Counted from the first letter of the stretch, positions 9,373-19,666 are shown. The stretch: DNA of 64,000 nt from Lacrimispora sp. (GCF_047605665.1 NZ_JASGFH010000021.1:14790-78789); one strand, 5' to 3'. Numbers and translations are program-made. The notes: a model not told the origin generated them from the sequence alone.

Positions 9373-10668
9373 TTACAGTTGTGTATAGCCTTTTTTGAGG
9401 ACTCCGGCTTCCAAAAGCCTTTGCATGGATTTAAGGATTCCCAGCTTTGCATGATACCATGTAAGCCCTCCCTGAAAATAAACGGCATAAGGCGGTTTTA
9501 TGGGACCGTCGGCGCTGAGTTCAATAGAAGACCCCTGGACAAAGGCTCCTGCTGCCATGATGACAGGCGCATCGTAACCAGGCATATCCCACGGCTCCGG
9601 GGTCACAAAGCTGTCCACAGGGGCAGCCGCCTGGATTCCCTGGCAGAATGCGATCACTCCCTCTGCCGTCCCAAAAGTGATGGCTTGGATGATGTCATGA
9701 CGGGACTCCGAACCGTTTGGAACCACTGGAAAGCCCAGCTTTTCATAGACATTGGCCGCAAAAACAGCCCCTTTTAAGGCTCCCGCCACCACGGTCGGGG
9801 ATAAAAACAATCCCTGGTAAAAGGACTGGTTAAGCCCTAAGCTGGCTCCCACCTCTTTTCCAAGGCCCGGAGCGCTCAAACGGTAAGAAGCCCGTTCAAT
9901 GCAGTCTGCCCGGCCTGCAATGTAGCCGCCGATGGGGGCAAGGCCGCCTCCCGGATTTTTGATCAGGGAGCCGACCACCATATCTGCCCCCACGTCACTG
10001 GGTTCAATCTTTTCCACGAATTCCCCGTAGCAGTTGTCCACCATGCAGATCACATCAGGCTTTAATTTTTTAATAAAAGCAATCAACTCACCGATCTTGG
10101 TAACGGAAAAGGTAGGCCGTGTGTCATAGCCCTTGGAACGCTGGATGGTGACCAGCTTTGTCTTTTCATTGACCGCCTTTTCAATGGATTCATAGTCAAA
10201 GGTCCCGTCGGAAAGCAGGTCCACCTGGCGGTAGAGGACTCCGTATTCCTTTAAAGAACCGACGCTGTCCCGGATACCGATGACTTCCTCTAAAGTGTCA
10301 TAAGGCTTTCCCACCGGAGAAAGAAGCTCATCTCCCGGACGGAGGTTTCCGGAAAGTGCGATGGAAAGGGCGTGGGTTCCGCTGATCAGGTTCGGCCTTA
10401 CAAGGGCGCTTTCCGTGTGAAATACGCTGGCATATACATCCTCTAAAGTATCCCGGCCCAGGTCATTGTAGCCGTAACCGGTCGTCGCTGCAAAATGGAT
10501 ATCGCTGACTCTATTATCCTGCATGGCCTTTATGACTTTCATCTGGTTATATTCCGCTGTTTCGTCAATCTCTTTAAAACGGTCCTTTAAAGCTTCCTCG
10601 ATCTCTTTTCCAAAATCCAGCACCTGACGGCTGATTCCAAGAGCTTCGTACATTGCATTGATATCCAT
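9373..10668 (-). CDS. YnbB-like PLP-dependent methionine gamma-lyase family ('aluminium resistance') protein
   Basis: GYGYNDLGRD, LISGTHA, TIQRSKGY, VDNCYGEF, GSLIKNPGGG, YFQGGLT; follows miaA. Confidence 0.88.
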   Translation of the reverse strand: MDINAMYEALGISRQVLDFGKEIEEALKDRFKEIDETAEYNQMKVIKAMQDNRVSDIHFAATTGYGYNDLGRDTLEDVYASVFHTESALVRPNLISGTHALSIALSGNLRPGDELLSPVGKPYDTLEEVIGIRDSVGSLKEYGVLYRQVDLLSDGTFDYESIEKAVNEKTKLVTIQRSKGYDTRPTFSVTKIGELIAFIKKLKPDVICMVDNCYGEFVEKIEPSDVGADMVVGSLIKNPGGGLAPIGGYIAGRADCIERASYRLSAPGLGKEVGASLGLNQSFYQGLFLSPTVVAGALKGAVFAANVYEKLGFPVVPNGSESRHDIIQAITFGTAEGVIAFCQGIQAAAPVDSFVTPEPWDMPGYDAPVIMAAGAFVQGSSIELSADGPIKPPYAVYFQGGLTWYHAKLGILKSMQRLLEAGVLKKGYTQL

Positions 10669-10671
10669 GAT

Positions 10672-11625
10672 CTATTTTTTCTCCAATCCGTACATCTCAT
10701 TTATGTCCTGTAACATCTTTTCCAAAACCTTTTCCCGGTTATTGTTAAAGTCAGGAAGGTTTAACCATCTCACATCCCGTTCCCGCTTAAACCAGGTGAG
10801 CTGGCGCTTGGCAAAATGTCTGGTATCCCGTTTCAGGATATAGACCGCCTCTTCAAGGGTAATATTTCCCTGTAAATAATCCAGAATTTCCTTATAACCC
10901 AGACCCTGCATGGAAACCATGTCCCTGGTGCAGCCCATGGCCTTTAACTGTTCCACCTCTTTGACAAGGCCCTGCTGAACCATTAAATCCACCCGGCAAT
11001 CAATCCGTTCATAGAGAATATCCCGGTCTGTATTCACCACATAATAGAGGAAGTCGTAAGGGGACTTTTTCTGCCTCTCCCGCTTATTGTGTTCTGAAAT
11101 AGGCTCACCCGTCTGCCTGTAATATTCAATGGCCCGGATCACCCGCTTCTGGTTGTTAGCATGAATCTCCTCTGCTGATTCCGGATCAATGTCTTTTAAC
11201 AGATTGTGGAGAAATTCTGCTCCTTTTTCCCTTCCTAAGGCCTCCAATTCTTCCCGGATGGAGGTGTCCCCTCCGTTTTCCGTGAAATCAATATCATAGA
11301 GAAGGGCCTGGATATAAAAACCAGTCCCTCCTGCCACAATGGGAATATGACCTCTGGAATAAATCTCTTCCACTGCCTTTTTTGCGAGATGCTGAAAGGT
11401 CGTCACATTGAATTCCTCATCGGGATTTAACACGTCAATTAAATGGTGGGGAATCCCCTCCATCTCTTCCTCTGTAATCTTTGCGGAGCCGATATCCATA
11501 TGGCGGTAAACCTGCATGGAATCAGCGCTTATGATTTCTCCTCCCACCGCTTTTGCAAGGCGGACTGACAGGGCTGTTTTCCCCACGGCCGTCGGTCCGG
11601 TTAAAATAATAAGTGGTTTCATCAT
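10672..11625 (-). CDS. miaA: tRNA dimethylallyltransferase
   Basis: GPTAVGKT, SADSMQVY, GGTGFY, TRHFAKRQLTW. Confidence 0.96.
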   Translation of the reverse strand: MMKPLIILTGPTAVGKTALSVRLAKAVGGEIISADSMQVYRHMDIGSAKITEEEMEGIPHHLIDVLNPDEEFNVTTFQHLAKKAVEEIYSRGHIPIVAGGTGFYIQALLYDIDFTENGGDTSIREELEALGREKGAEFLHNLLKDIDPESAEEIHANNQKRVIRAIEYYRQTGEPISEHNKRERQKKSPYDFLYYVVNTDRDILYERIDCRVDLMVQQGLVKEVEQLKAMGCTRDMVSMQGLGYKEILDYLQGNITLEEAVYILKRDTRHFAKRQLTWFKRERDVRWLNLPDFNNNREKVLEKMLQDINEMYGLEKK

Positions 11626-13544
11626 ACAATCCTCTTGAATTTTTTCTCCAGTTCATACTTGCTCATGGAGATGATGGTGGGCCTTCCATGAGGGCAGGCA
11701 TAAGGGTTTTCCAGGCTTAATAACTGGTCAATCAGCTCATTTGCCTCTGCGGCAGACAACTTGTGTCCTCCCTTTACCGCAGCCTTACAGGACATGGAAG
11801 CGACCTTTTCGTAAATCACATCGGGATTGTGGGAAAAACCTTCTTCCGACAGTCCGTCGATCATTTCAATCAGAAGCTCCTTTTTTGCAATGGAAAACAG
11901 ATTGGCCGGAACGCCTCTGACCGCGTACTCTCTTCCGCCGAAAGGCTCTATCTCAAATCCGATGTCAGTAAAATACTTTAAATGCTGGGTTAAAAGCACC
12001 TCTTCGTTGCGGTTTAAAGTCAGAATAATAGGAGGGCTCACCAACTGGGAAGAATACTCCCTGCTTTTCAGTGTTGCCATGGTTTTCTCATATAAAACCT
12101 TTTCATGGGCAGCATGCTGGTCAATAATATAGAGCTGTCCGTTAAATTCCACCAGCCAGTAGGTATCAAAAAGCTGTCCGATCAGCTTGTGCATGGACCG
12201 GGCTTTTGGCTCCAGCAGCTTTCCGTCAAATAAGTCCATCTGCTCCGGTTTTTCTTCCTTCACTGCCGGAGAAGGCTCTCCTCTATCAGCGGCTGGATTT
12301 ATGACTGGTTCAGAGCTTGGTTCCGGTTTCAGCCAGTTTTCCAGAAGGTCATTCCCCTCCCTGACAAAAGACGGCTTGGGCGGAACCAGACGTTTTGGAA
12401 AGAGGGAACCTCCCTCCTGCTTCTCCTCCGTGGCCGCCTGCTGCATGGCCATGATCCGCCGCTTCTCAAAGGGTTCCGGCGCAGGCTCGTGTTTCCTTGC
12501 TGCAAATACCGGTTTTTCTTCCTCCCTTTTGATCAGCTCCACCTCCGGTATCAGTTCCTTATGGGCCAAAGCCCCGGAAACAGCCTGATATACCGTCTGG
12601 TAAATCAATTCCCCATCCCTGAAACGCAGCTCCATCTTGGTAGGATGGACATTCACATCCAAAAGCTCCGGTTCAATGGAAAAGTGAAGCATGGTAAAGG
12701 GATATTTATGCTGCATCATAAAGGGCTTATAAGCTTCCTCAATCGCCCTGGAAATAACACTGCTTTTAATATACCGTCCGTTGATAAAGTAATTCTCATA
12801 ATTCCGGTTTCCTCTGGCAATGACCGGCTTTCCGATATAGCCTTCAATGGAAACCTCTTTCTTTTTCACCGAAACCGCTAAAAGATTGGAAGCGATTTCC
12901 CTTCCAAAGACCGTGTATACAATATCCTTTAAATTATGGTTCCCAGAGGTGTGAAGCTTATTCTGGTTGTTCTGGATAAAACGGATGGATACCTCCGGAT
13001 GGGACAGGGCCAGCTTTTCCACCAGATCAGCCACATGGGCCCCTTCGGTGGCAGGAGTCTTTAAAAACTTCTTTCTGGCCGGAGTATTGTAAAATAAGTT
13101 TCTGGCAATAAATGTGGTTCCCTCCGGCGCTCCGATCTCTTCTAAGGACCGCTCTTCTCCCCCGTCAATCTGGTATCTGGTTCCGGTCAGACCGGTGCTG
13201 GTCTTGGTGATCAGCTCCACCTGGGAAACTGCCGCAATGCTGGCAAGAGCTTCCCCGCGAAAACCCAGGGAAGCCACGGTAAACAAATCCTCTACGGTTT
13301 TGATCTTGCTTGTGGAATGGCGCAGGAAAGCCAGGGGAACCTCTTCCTTTGGAATCCCCCAGCCATTGTCGGTCACCCGGATAAAGGTGGTCCCCCCATC
13401 CTTGATTTCCACAGTAACTGCCGTGGCCTTCGCATCAATGGCATTTTCCAAAAGCTCCTTTACCACTGAGGCAGGCCGCTCCACCACTTCTCCTGCGGCT
13501 ATTTTATTGATCGTATTTTGATCCAGTACGGTTATATTCGGCAT
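11622..13544 (-). CDS. mutL: DNA mismatch repair endonuclease MutL
   Basis: IAAGEVVERP, GFRGEAL, DVNVHPTK, DQHAAHE, SCKAA, CPHGRP. Confidence 0.97.
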   Translation of the reverse strand: MPNITVLDQNTINKIAAGEVVERPASVVKELLENAIDAKATAVTVEIKDGGTTFIRVTDNGWGIPKEEVPLAFLRHSTSKIKTVEDLFTVASLGFRGEALASIAAVSQVELITKTSTGLTGTRYQIDGGEERSLEEIGAPEGTTFIARNLFYNTPARKKFLKTPATEGAHVADLVEKLALSHPEVSIRFIQNNQNKLHTSGNHNLKDIVYTVFGREIASNLLAVSVKKKEVSIEGYIGKPVIARGNRNYENYFINGRYIKSSVISRAIEEAYKPFMMQHKYPFTMLHFSIEPELLDVNVHPTKMELRFRDGELIYQTVYQAVSGALAHKELIPEVELIKREEEKPVFAARKHEPAPEPFEKRRIMAMQQAATEEKQEGGSLFPKRLVPPKPSFVREGNDLLENWLKPEPSSEPVINPAADRGEPSPAVKEEKPEQMDLFDGKLLEPKARSMHKLIGQLFDTYWLVEFNGQLYIIDQHAAHEKVLYEKTMATLKSREYSSQLVSPPIILTLNRNEEVLLTQHLKYFTDIGFEIEPFGGREYAVRGVPANLFSIAKKELLIEMIDGLSEEGFSHNPDVIYEKVASMSCKAAVKGGHKLSAAEANELIDQLLSLENPYACPHGRPTIISMSKYELEKKFKRIV

Positions 13545-13570
13545 GGTATCAGCTCCTTTTTAAACACACC

Positions 13571-16225
13571 CTACTGCCAGCGGTTTTTCAGCTTTGTCTG
13601 TAAGCGGTATAAGGTGTTGAGGGCATCAATGGGAGTCATATTTCCAAGTTCCAACTCGCCCAGTTCCCTGATGATGTCATCATCCTTTGCCGTATCAAAA
13701 AGAGTCATCTGCTGCAAATCCACTTCGTCAGGCTTTGGAACAGCCTTTCTGCGGGGAACGTTTCCATTTCCTTCTGCAATTTCTCTGGCTCTGGTGGCAA
13801 TATCCGCATCGCTCAGCTCCTCTAAAAGTTCTCTGGCCCTGACAATGACCGTATCCGGCACTCCTGCCAGCTTGGCCACCTGGATGCCATAGCTCTTGTC
13901 CGCTCCGCCTTTGATGATTTTTCTTAAAAATACAATATCTTCGCCCTGTTCTTTCACTGCGATGCAGTAATTGTTGACGCCGCTCATGGTGCCTTCCAGC
14001 TCGGTCAGCTCATGGTAGTGAGTCGCAAACAGGGTCTTTGCTCCTAAAAGCTTTAAATTGCTGATGTGCTCGACTACGGCCCATGCAATGCTGAGCCCGT
14101 CAAAGGTGCTGGTGCCCCGTCCGATTTCATCTAAGACAATCAGACTGTTTTTGGTGGCATTGCGAAGGATGTTGGCAACCTCCGTCATTTCCACCATAAA
14201 GGTACTCTGACCGGATGCCAGATCGTCAGAAGCGCCTACACGGGTGAAAATACGGTCACAGATGCCGATATTGGCCTCCTGAGCAGGCACAAAGCTTCCG
14301 ATCTGGGCCATTAGGACAATGAGGGCCGTCTGGCGCATATAGGTAGACTTTCCTGCCATGTTAGGGCCTGTAATGATGGAAAGCCGGTTTTTTCCGTTAT
14401 CTAAGTAGGTATCATTGGAAACGAAGAGGTCATCCCGCATCATCTTTTCCACAACCGGATGGCGTCCGTTTTTAATATCAATGATTCCCTTTTCATTGAT
14501 GGCGGGTTTCACGTAATTATTTTTAGAGGCAACAGAGGAAAGGGACGTCAGGACATCGATTCCTGCAACGGCTCTGGCTGTCTTCTGGATTCTCAAAACC
14601 TCTCCTGCAACCGAATCCCTCACCTGGCCGAACAGTTCGTATTCCAGGGCAAACAGCTTGTCCTCAGCTCCCACGATGACCTCTTCCAGTTCTTTCAGTT
14701 CATCGGTGGTATAACGCTCTGCATTGGCAAGGGTCTGCTTACGGATAAAGTAATCCGGCACAAGGTCTTTAGAGGAATTGGTCACTTCAAAATAGTAACC
14801 AAAGACCTTGTTGAATTTCACCTTCAGGTTTTTGATTCCCGTCTTTTCCTTTTCCTTTAACTCCAGTTCTGCCAGCCAGGTCTTTCCCTCTGTCTTGGCT
14901 CCCCGCAGCTTATCCGCTTCCTCATGAAAGCCTTCCCGGATGATTCCGCCTTCCCGGACCGTAATAGGCGGGTCTTCGATAATAGCCCGGTCTATCAGCT
15001 CCTTGACATCCTCCAGGGCATCCAGTTCTTCCCACAATTCTTTCAGTAAATCACTGGTAAACTCCTTTAAAATGTCTTTGATGTAGGGCAGCATTTCCAG
15101 AGAGTTCTTAAATGCGATCAAATCCCTTGGATTGGCAGTTTTATAGCTGATCCGGCCAATGAGCCGTTCCAGGTCGTAAATGGGATTTAAATACTCACAG
15201 ATCTCTTCCCTGGATATGTAATTCATGTTCAGCTCTTCAATGGCATTCTGGCGTTTTATGATTTCAGACTTATGTATTAATGGCTGTTCGATATACGTGC
15301 GAAGCATTCTGGCTCCCATGGCCGTTTTCGTCCGGTCCAGGACCCAGAGAAGGCTTCCCCTCTTCTGCTTTTCCCTTAAGGTTTCCAGAAGCTCTAAATT
15401 CCTTCTGGTAGAGGTGTCAATGATCATGAATTGCCCGGTGGAATAAGGGGTGATGGCGGTGATATGGGATAAGCTGTTTTTCTGGGTTTCATACATATAC
15501 TCCATAACAGCGCCGGCAGCGATCACTCCCGTGTCGTAATCCTCCAGACCCAGCCCGGCCAGAGTGCCCACCTTATAATGTTCTTTCAGAATTTTCCGGC
15601 AAGCTTCATCGGAAAAGAAATGATGATCCAGAGATGAAATAACCGCATGATAGCGGTTTTTGATTTCCTCTATATCCACTCCTGAAACGTAAAAGGCTTC
15701 GTTGCAGATGATTTCAGAAGGGGTGAATTTATTGATCTCATCAACCAGCTCCCGCTCGGATTCCACCTCAGTCACCAGAAAATCCCCGGTGCTGATGTCG
15801 GCAACTGCGATTCCAAAGGTTTCTCCGATGTAGACGATACCCATGAGATAATTGTTTTTTGTTTCATCAAGGGCCTGGGCGCTGGTGATGGTTCCGGGAG
15901 TCACCACCCGGATGACCTCACGCCTCACCAGGCCCTTTGCCTGCTTAGGGTCTTCCATCTGCTCTGCAATGGCGACCTTATAGCCCTTTTGCACCAGGCG
16001 GTTTAAATATGCGTCAACGGCATGGTAAGGAACGCCGCACATAGGCGCACGTTCCTCCAGTCCGCACTCTTTTCCTGTCAGTGTGATTTCCAGTTCTCTG
16101 GATACGGTAATCGCATCTTCAAAGAACATTTCATAAAAGTCACCCAGCCTGTAAAACAGAACACAGTCCGGGTACTCTTTTTTTGTTTCCAGATAATGGG
16201 TCATCATTGGTGATAATCCGGCCAT
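13571..16225 (-). CDS. mutS: DNA mismatch repair protein MutS
   Basis: FYRLGDFYEMF, TGPNMAGKST, STFMVEM, DEIGRGTST, ATHYHEL, SYGIQVAKLAG. Confidence 0.97.
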   Translation of the reverse strand: MAGLSPMMTHYLETKKEYPDCVLFYRLGDFYEMFFEDAITVSRELEITLTGKECGLEERAPMCGVPYHAVDAYLNRLVQKGYKVAIAEQMEDPKQAKGLVRREVIRVVTPGTITSAQALDETKNNYLMGIVYIGETFGIAVADISTGDFLVTEVESERELVDEINKFTPSEIICNEAFYVSGVDIEEIKNRYHAVISSLDHHFFSDEACRKILKEHYKVGTLAGLGLEDYDTGVIAAGAVMEYMYETQKNSLSHITAITPYSTGQFMIIDTSTRRNLELLETLREKQKRGSLLWVLDRTKTAMGARMLRTYIEQPLIHKSEIIKRQNAIEELNMNYISREEICEYLNPIYDLERLIGRISYKTANPRDLIAFKNSLEMLPYIKDILKEFTSDLLKELWEELDALEDVKELIDRAIIEDPPITVREGGIIREGFHEEADKLRGAKTEGKTWLAELELKEKEKTGIKNLKVKFNKVFGYYFEVTNSSKDLVPDYFIRKQTLANAERYTTDELKELEEVIVGAEDKLFALEYELFGQVRDSVAGEVLRIQKTARAVAGIDVLTSLSSVASKNNYVKPAINEKGIIDIKNGRHPVVEKMMRDDLFVSNDTYLDNGKNRLSIITGPNMAGKSTYMRQTALIVLMAQIGSFVPAQEANIGICDRIFTRVGASDDLASGQSTFMVEMTEVANILRNATKNSLIVLDEIGRGTSTFDGLSIAWAVVEHISNLKLLGAKTLFATHYHELTELEGTMSGVNNYCIAVKEQGEDIVFLRKIIKGGADKSYGIQVAKLAGVPDTVIVRARELLEELSDADIATRAREIAEGNGNVPRRKAVPKPDEVDLQQMTLFDTAKDDDIIRELGELELGNMTPIDALNTLYRLQTKLKNRWQ

Positions 16226-16269
16226 GGTTTGTACTTCCTCTTTTCTTATGCTTGCGTTTCCACGGTTTC

Positions 16270-17718
16270 TTAAGCCAGGGTTCCCATATAATAAAAGCCT
16301 TTGGACTCATCCAGATGTACATCCACGATTGTTCCAATCAAAGAAGGGTCTCCTTTAAAATGCACAGTCGTATTGTTGCTCATGCGTCCGGTTAAAAGGC
16401 CCTTTTCATGGTCATTGACTTCCTCTGCCAGAACCTTCTGCACCGTATGCTCATCCCGTCCGCAGACCTCAGCCGATATTTTCTGGACTTCAGAAAGCAG
16501 GCGGTCAAAGCGGTCCTTTACCACCTCAGCCGGAATCTCTTCCATGTCCGCCGCCGGAGTTCCGGTACGTTTGGAATAAATGAAGGTAAATGCGCTGTCA
16601 AACCGCACTTTTCTCACCACGTCAAGGGTTTCCTGGAAGTCTTCCTCTGTCTCCCCCGGAAAGCCTACAATAATATCCGTAGTCAGGGAAATATCCGGCA
16701 TGGCTGCCTTGATCTTTTCCACAAGCTCCAGATACCGTTCCTTGGTATATTTCCGGTTCATGATTTTTAAAACCCGGCTGCTGCCGGACTGGAGGGGCAG
16801 GTGAAGATGGCTGCACACCTTTTTGGAATTTTTCATGACTTCGATCAGTTCATCTGACAAATCCTTTGGATGAGAGGTCATAAAGCGAATCCGCTCTAAG
16901 CCTTCCACATCATCGATTTGCGTCAGAAGCTCTGCAAAGCTGACCGGCGTTTCAAGGGATTTTCCGTAAGAGTTGACGTTTTGTCCCAGCAGCATGATTT
17001 CCACAACGCCATCCGCTGCAAGCTGCCTTACCTCTTCCACGATGTCTTTCGGGCTTCTGCTTCTCTCCCTGCCCCGCACATAAGGCACAATACAGTAGCT
17101 GCAGAAGTTGTTGCAGCCAAACATAATATTGACGCCGGATTTGAAGGCGTATTTCCGTTCCGTCGGGAGGTCTTCCACAATGCGGTCCGTGCCTTCCCAG
17201 ATGTCTACAACCATCTTTTTCGCTTCCAGGCGTTCATGAATCAGCTCTGCCAGCTTGAAAATATTGTGAGTGCCGAAAATAATATCCACAAAGCGGTAGC
17301 TTTTCCTGATCTTGGCAACCACCTTTTCTTCCTGCATCATGCAGCCGCATAAAGCGATCATCATATGGGGATTTTTCTTTTTTAAACTGTTTAAAAAGCC
17401 CAGACGGCCATAAACCCTGTCATTGGCATTTTCCCTGACCGTACAGGTGTTATACAGAACGAAGTCCGCTTCCTCGGTATCGGTTTCTACAAAGCCGATT
17501 GCCTCTAAAATGCCCTGGAGCTTTTCCGAATCTCTGGAATTCATCTGGCAGCCGAATGTGGCGATATGAAAGGTAAATGTTTCTTTTCCTGAGGATTCCT
17601 TTAATTTTTCCAGCATATCCTGGCAGCGTTCTATAAAAAAATACTGTCTTGCCGGTTCTTCGCTCGGCGCATGGCTGAGGGCTTCTTCATAAGTCATATT
17701 TATATCATTCATTTGCAT
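16270..17718 (-). CDS. miaB: tRNA-2-methylthio-N6-dimethylallyladenosine synthase (start may be 17712)
   Basis: FGCQMN, NTCTVRE, GCNNFCSYC radical SAM triad, C-terminal TRAM domain. Confidence 0.95.
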   Translation of the reverse strand: MQMNDINMTYEEALSHAPSEEPARQYFFIERCQDMLEKLKESSGKETFTFHIATFGCQMNSRDSEKLQGILEAIGFVETDTEEADFVLYNTCTVRENANDRVYGRLGFLNSLKKKNPHMMIALCGCMMQEEKVVAKIRKSYRFVDIIFGTHNIFKLAELIHERLEAKKMVVDIWEGTDRIVEDLPTERKYAFKSGVNIMFGCNNFCSYCIVPYVRGRERSRSPKDIVEEVRQLAADGVVEIMLLGQNVNSYGKSLETPVSFAELLTQIDDVEGLERIRFMTSHPKDLSDELIEVMKNSKKVCSHLHLPLQSGSSRVLKIMNRKYTKERYLELVEKIKAAMPDISLTTDIIVGFPGETEEDFQETLDVVRKVRFDSAFTFIYSKRTGTPAADMEEIPAEVVKDRFDRLLSEVQKISAEVCGRDEHTVQKVLAEEVNDHEKGLLTGRMSNNTTVHFKGDPSLIGTIVDVHLDESKGFYYMGTLA

Positions 17719-17759
17719 AACCTCTTAAATTTTTATTATAGCATATATCCGCAGTGAAC

Positions 17760-17787
17760 AGTATATCATAAATCCCTTTTATTGCAA
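17760..17787 (-). promoter_or_regulatory. putative sigma-A promoter of miaB-mutS-mutL-miaA
   Basis: TTGCAA-16 bp-TATACT with TGn extension. Confidence 0.55.
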
Positions 17788-17828
17788 ATACCAAAAAACC
17801 TCCCCTTTATTTTTAACCGCGGACTTTT

Positions 17829-19340
17829 CTACACCCAATCCCTATGAATCTGCACCGTCTTATCCGCCACATTTCCGGTAAACGCTTCATCATGCTCCAC
17901 AAACACCATGGAAGGCTGGAACTTGAGAATCAGGTCTTCAATCTGGATTCTGGAATAAACATCGATGAAGTTAAGCGGTTCATCCCAGATGTAGACATGG
18001 GCTTTCTGGCAAAGGCTGCGGGCAATGAGAACCTTTTTCTTCTGCCCCTCGCTATAGGATTCCATGGGCTTTTCAAACTGCTCCCTGGAAAAGTCCAGCT
18101 TGCGCAGGAGCGCCTTAAAAAGAAAGTCCTCCACCCCGCTTTCTCTGGCATATGACGTTAAACTGCCCTTTAAAAAGGAAGTATCCTGGGACACATAGGA
18201 GATTTTAAGCCCGGAAGCAAGCTCCACCGTTCCCTCATAGGAAAGGCCCTCTGCTTCCTTATCTCCAAGAATCAGCTTTACAATGCTGGATTTTCCGCAG
18301 CCGTTTTTCCCCTGGAGGGAAATGCGCTGCCCCTGCTCTAAGACAAAACTGACAGGCTCGCAGACCGGGCCGTCATAATAAGGAACTGCGTCCTTTAAGG
18401 AAATAAGCCTTTGGGAATGATGCTTTAACGGATAAAGCTTTAAGTTTTCCGCTTCCTCCACATTGGTGAGCAGCCCTTTTTTCTCATCAATGGCACGGCC
18501 CTGTCTCCTCTCCAGATTCTTTCTTCTCATCTGCATCCGCCTGGATTTTTCACCGACATAGGCCCGTGTGTCAATGGATTTTTCCTGGCCTAAGGATTTC
18601 TTCCCGATTTTCGTGGATTCCACCTGATCCGCCCATTGGCCGGACTGTCTGGCAGCTTCCTCCAGATGGCGGATATCCTTTTTCAGCCTATCATTTTCAG
18701 ACATCTCATATTGGTCCTGCCTCTGCTTATTCTCATACCAGGAAGTAAAATTCCCTTTCTGCACCTCTATATCCCGTTTGTTTATGGATAAAATATGGTC
18801 CACTGAATCGTCTAAAAACTTCCTGTCATGGGATACCAGAATAAAGCCCTTTTTACCGCTTAAATATTGGCTCACCAGCCTTCTTCCTTCCCGGTCCAGA
18901 TGGTTGGTGGGCTCATCGATCAAAAGAAAGTGACCTTCCCGCAGGAAAAGTGCGGCTAAAAGGACCTTGGTCCTCTCCCCGTTTGACAGCGTGTAAAAGG
19001 GGCGGTACAGCACATCCTCTGAAACCTGCAGCTTATTCAACTCTCTTTTTAATTCCCAGTACTCATAATCTCCAGGCAGGGAATCTAAAATCTCCTGGGT
19101 ATCCCTTTCCTGGTCCGGCACCGGAAAAGGAAAATAATCAAATATAACGCTGGAAGAAATGGTGCCCGAATATTCAAACCGTTTCATCAAAAGGCTTAAA
19201 AAGGTGGTCTTCCCCCTTCCGTTTCTTCCCGTAAACCCCAGCTTCCAGTCCGTATCAATCTGAAACGAAACGTGGTCAAACACCGGATCATAACTTCCTT
19301 CATAGGTAAATGATAAATCTGTAACCTGTATCAATGACAT
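17829..19340 (-). CDS. ABC-F ribosomal protection protein, Lsa/CplR-like (start moved to MSLIQV at 19340)
   Basis: FQIDTDWKLGFTGRNGRGKTT N-terminus typical of Lsa family; two NBDs (GRNGRGKTT/LSNGE; GKNGCGKSS/YSEGQ), no TM; GGAGGA SD 6 nt upstream. Confidence 0.88.
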   Translation of the reverse strand: MSLIQVTDLSFTYEGSYDPVFDHVSFQIDTDWKLGFTGRNGRGKTTFLSLLMKRFEYSGTISSSVIFDYFPFPVPDQERDTQEILDSLPGDYEYWELKRELNKLQVSEDVLYRPFYTLSNGERTKVLLAALFLREGHFLLIDEPTNHLDREGRRLVSQYLSGKKGFILVSHDRKFLDDSVDHILSINKRDIEVQKGNFTSWYENKQRQDQYEMSENDRLKKDIRHLEEAARQSGQWADQVESTKIGKKSLGQEKSIDTRAYVGEKSRRMQMRRKNLERRQGRAIDEKKGLLTNVEEAENLKLYPLKHHSQRLISLKDAVPYYDGPVCEPVSFVLEQGQRISLQGKNGCGKSSIVKLILGDKEAEGLSYEGTVELASGLKISYVSQDTSFLKGSLTSYARESGVEDFLFKALLRKLDFSREQFEKPMESYSEGQKKKVLIARSLCQKAHVYIWDEPLNFIDVYSRIQIEDLILKFQPSMVFVEHDEAFTGNVADKTVQIHRDWV

Positions 19341-19383
19341 AGACATTCCTCCATTCAGGCAGAAAAGCTTTCTTTCTGCACAC

Positions 19384-19417
19384 AAAAACGGCTGCAAGAA
19401 TGTTTTCTCACAGCCGC
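19384..19417 (-). terminator. intrinsic terminator (attenuator) in the ABC-F leader
   Basis: Minus strand CGGCTGTGAGAA-AACA-TTCTTGCAGCCG (12-13 bp with GU pairs) followed by TTTTTGT, ~45 nt before the start codon. Confidence 0.85.
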
Positions 19418-19580
19418 ATTGCATTGAAAACTCCCCCTTAAGGCAGTCCAAATGTCTTTCCATGTCCATTGATGGCACGAAAAAAAGGGTGTGGGAATGA
19501 AATAATATTCTTGCAAAACAGGCACAACAAAAAGAGGAGAAGACTCCTTTTTCATTATGCAGTTACTTAAGCAAGAATCA

Positions 19581-19589
19581 TTACTTCAT
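19581..19589 (-). other. two-codon leader uORF (Met-Lys-stop, followed by a second stop)
   Basis: Minus strand GGAAAGGGGTGAAAGG ATG AAG TAA TGA; strong SD, ~25 nt after predicted transcription start. Confidence 0.7.
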
Positions 19590-19618
19590 CCTTTCACCCC
19601 TTTCCTTAATATGCTGGT

Positions 19619-19647
19619 AGTCTATCATAAAACCGGGCCATTGTCAA
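19619..19647 (-). promoter_or_regulatory. sigma-A promoter of the ABC-F leader
   Basis: TTGACA-17 bp-TAGACT with TGn extended -10. Confidence 0.8.
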
Positions 19648-19666
19648 ACCGCAGTCTGCTTTCCCA

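Noticed and set aside
19355-19555. 66-aa ORF in the ABC-F leader and the track's N-terminal extension of the ABC-F to 19478
   Set aside because: They run through the attenuator stems and have no convincing SD. The GGAGGA-ATG at 19340 gives the family-typical N-terminus.
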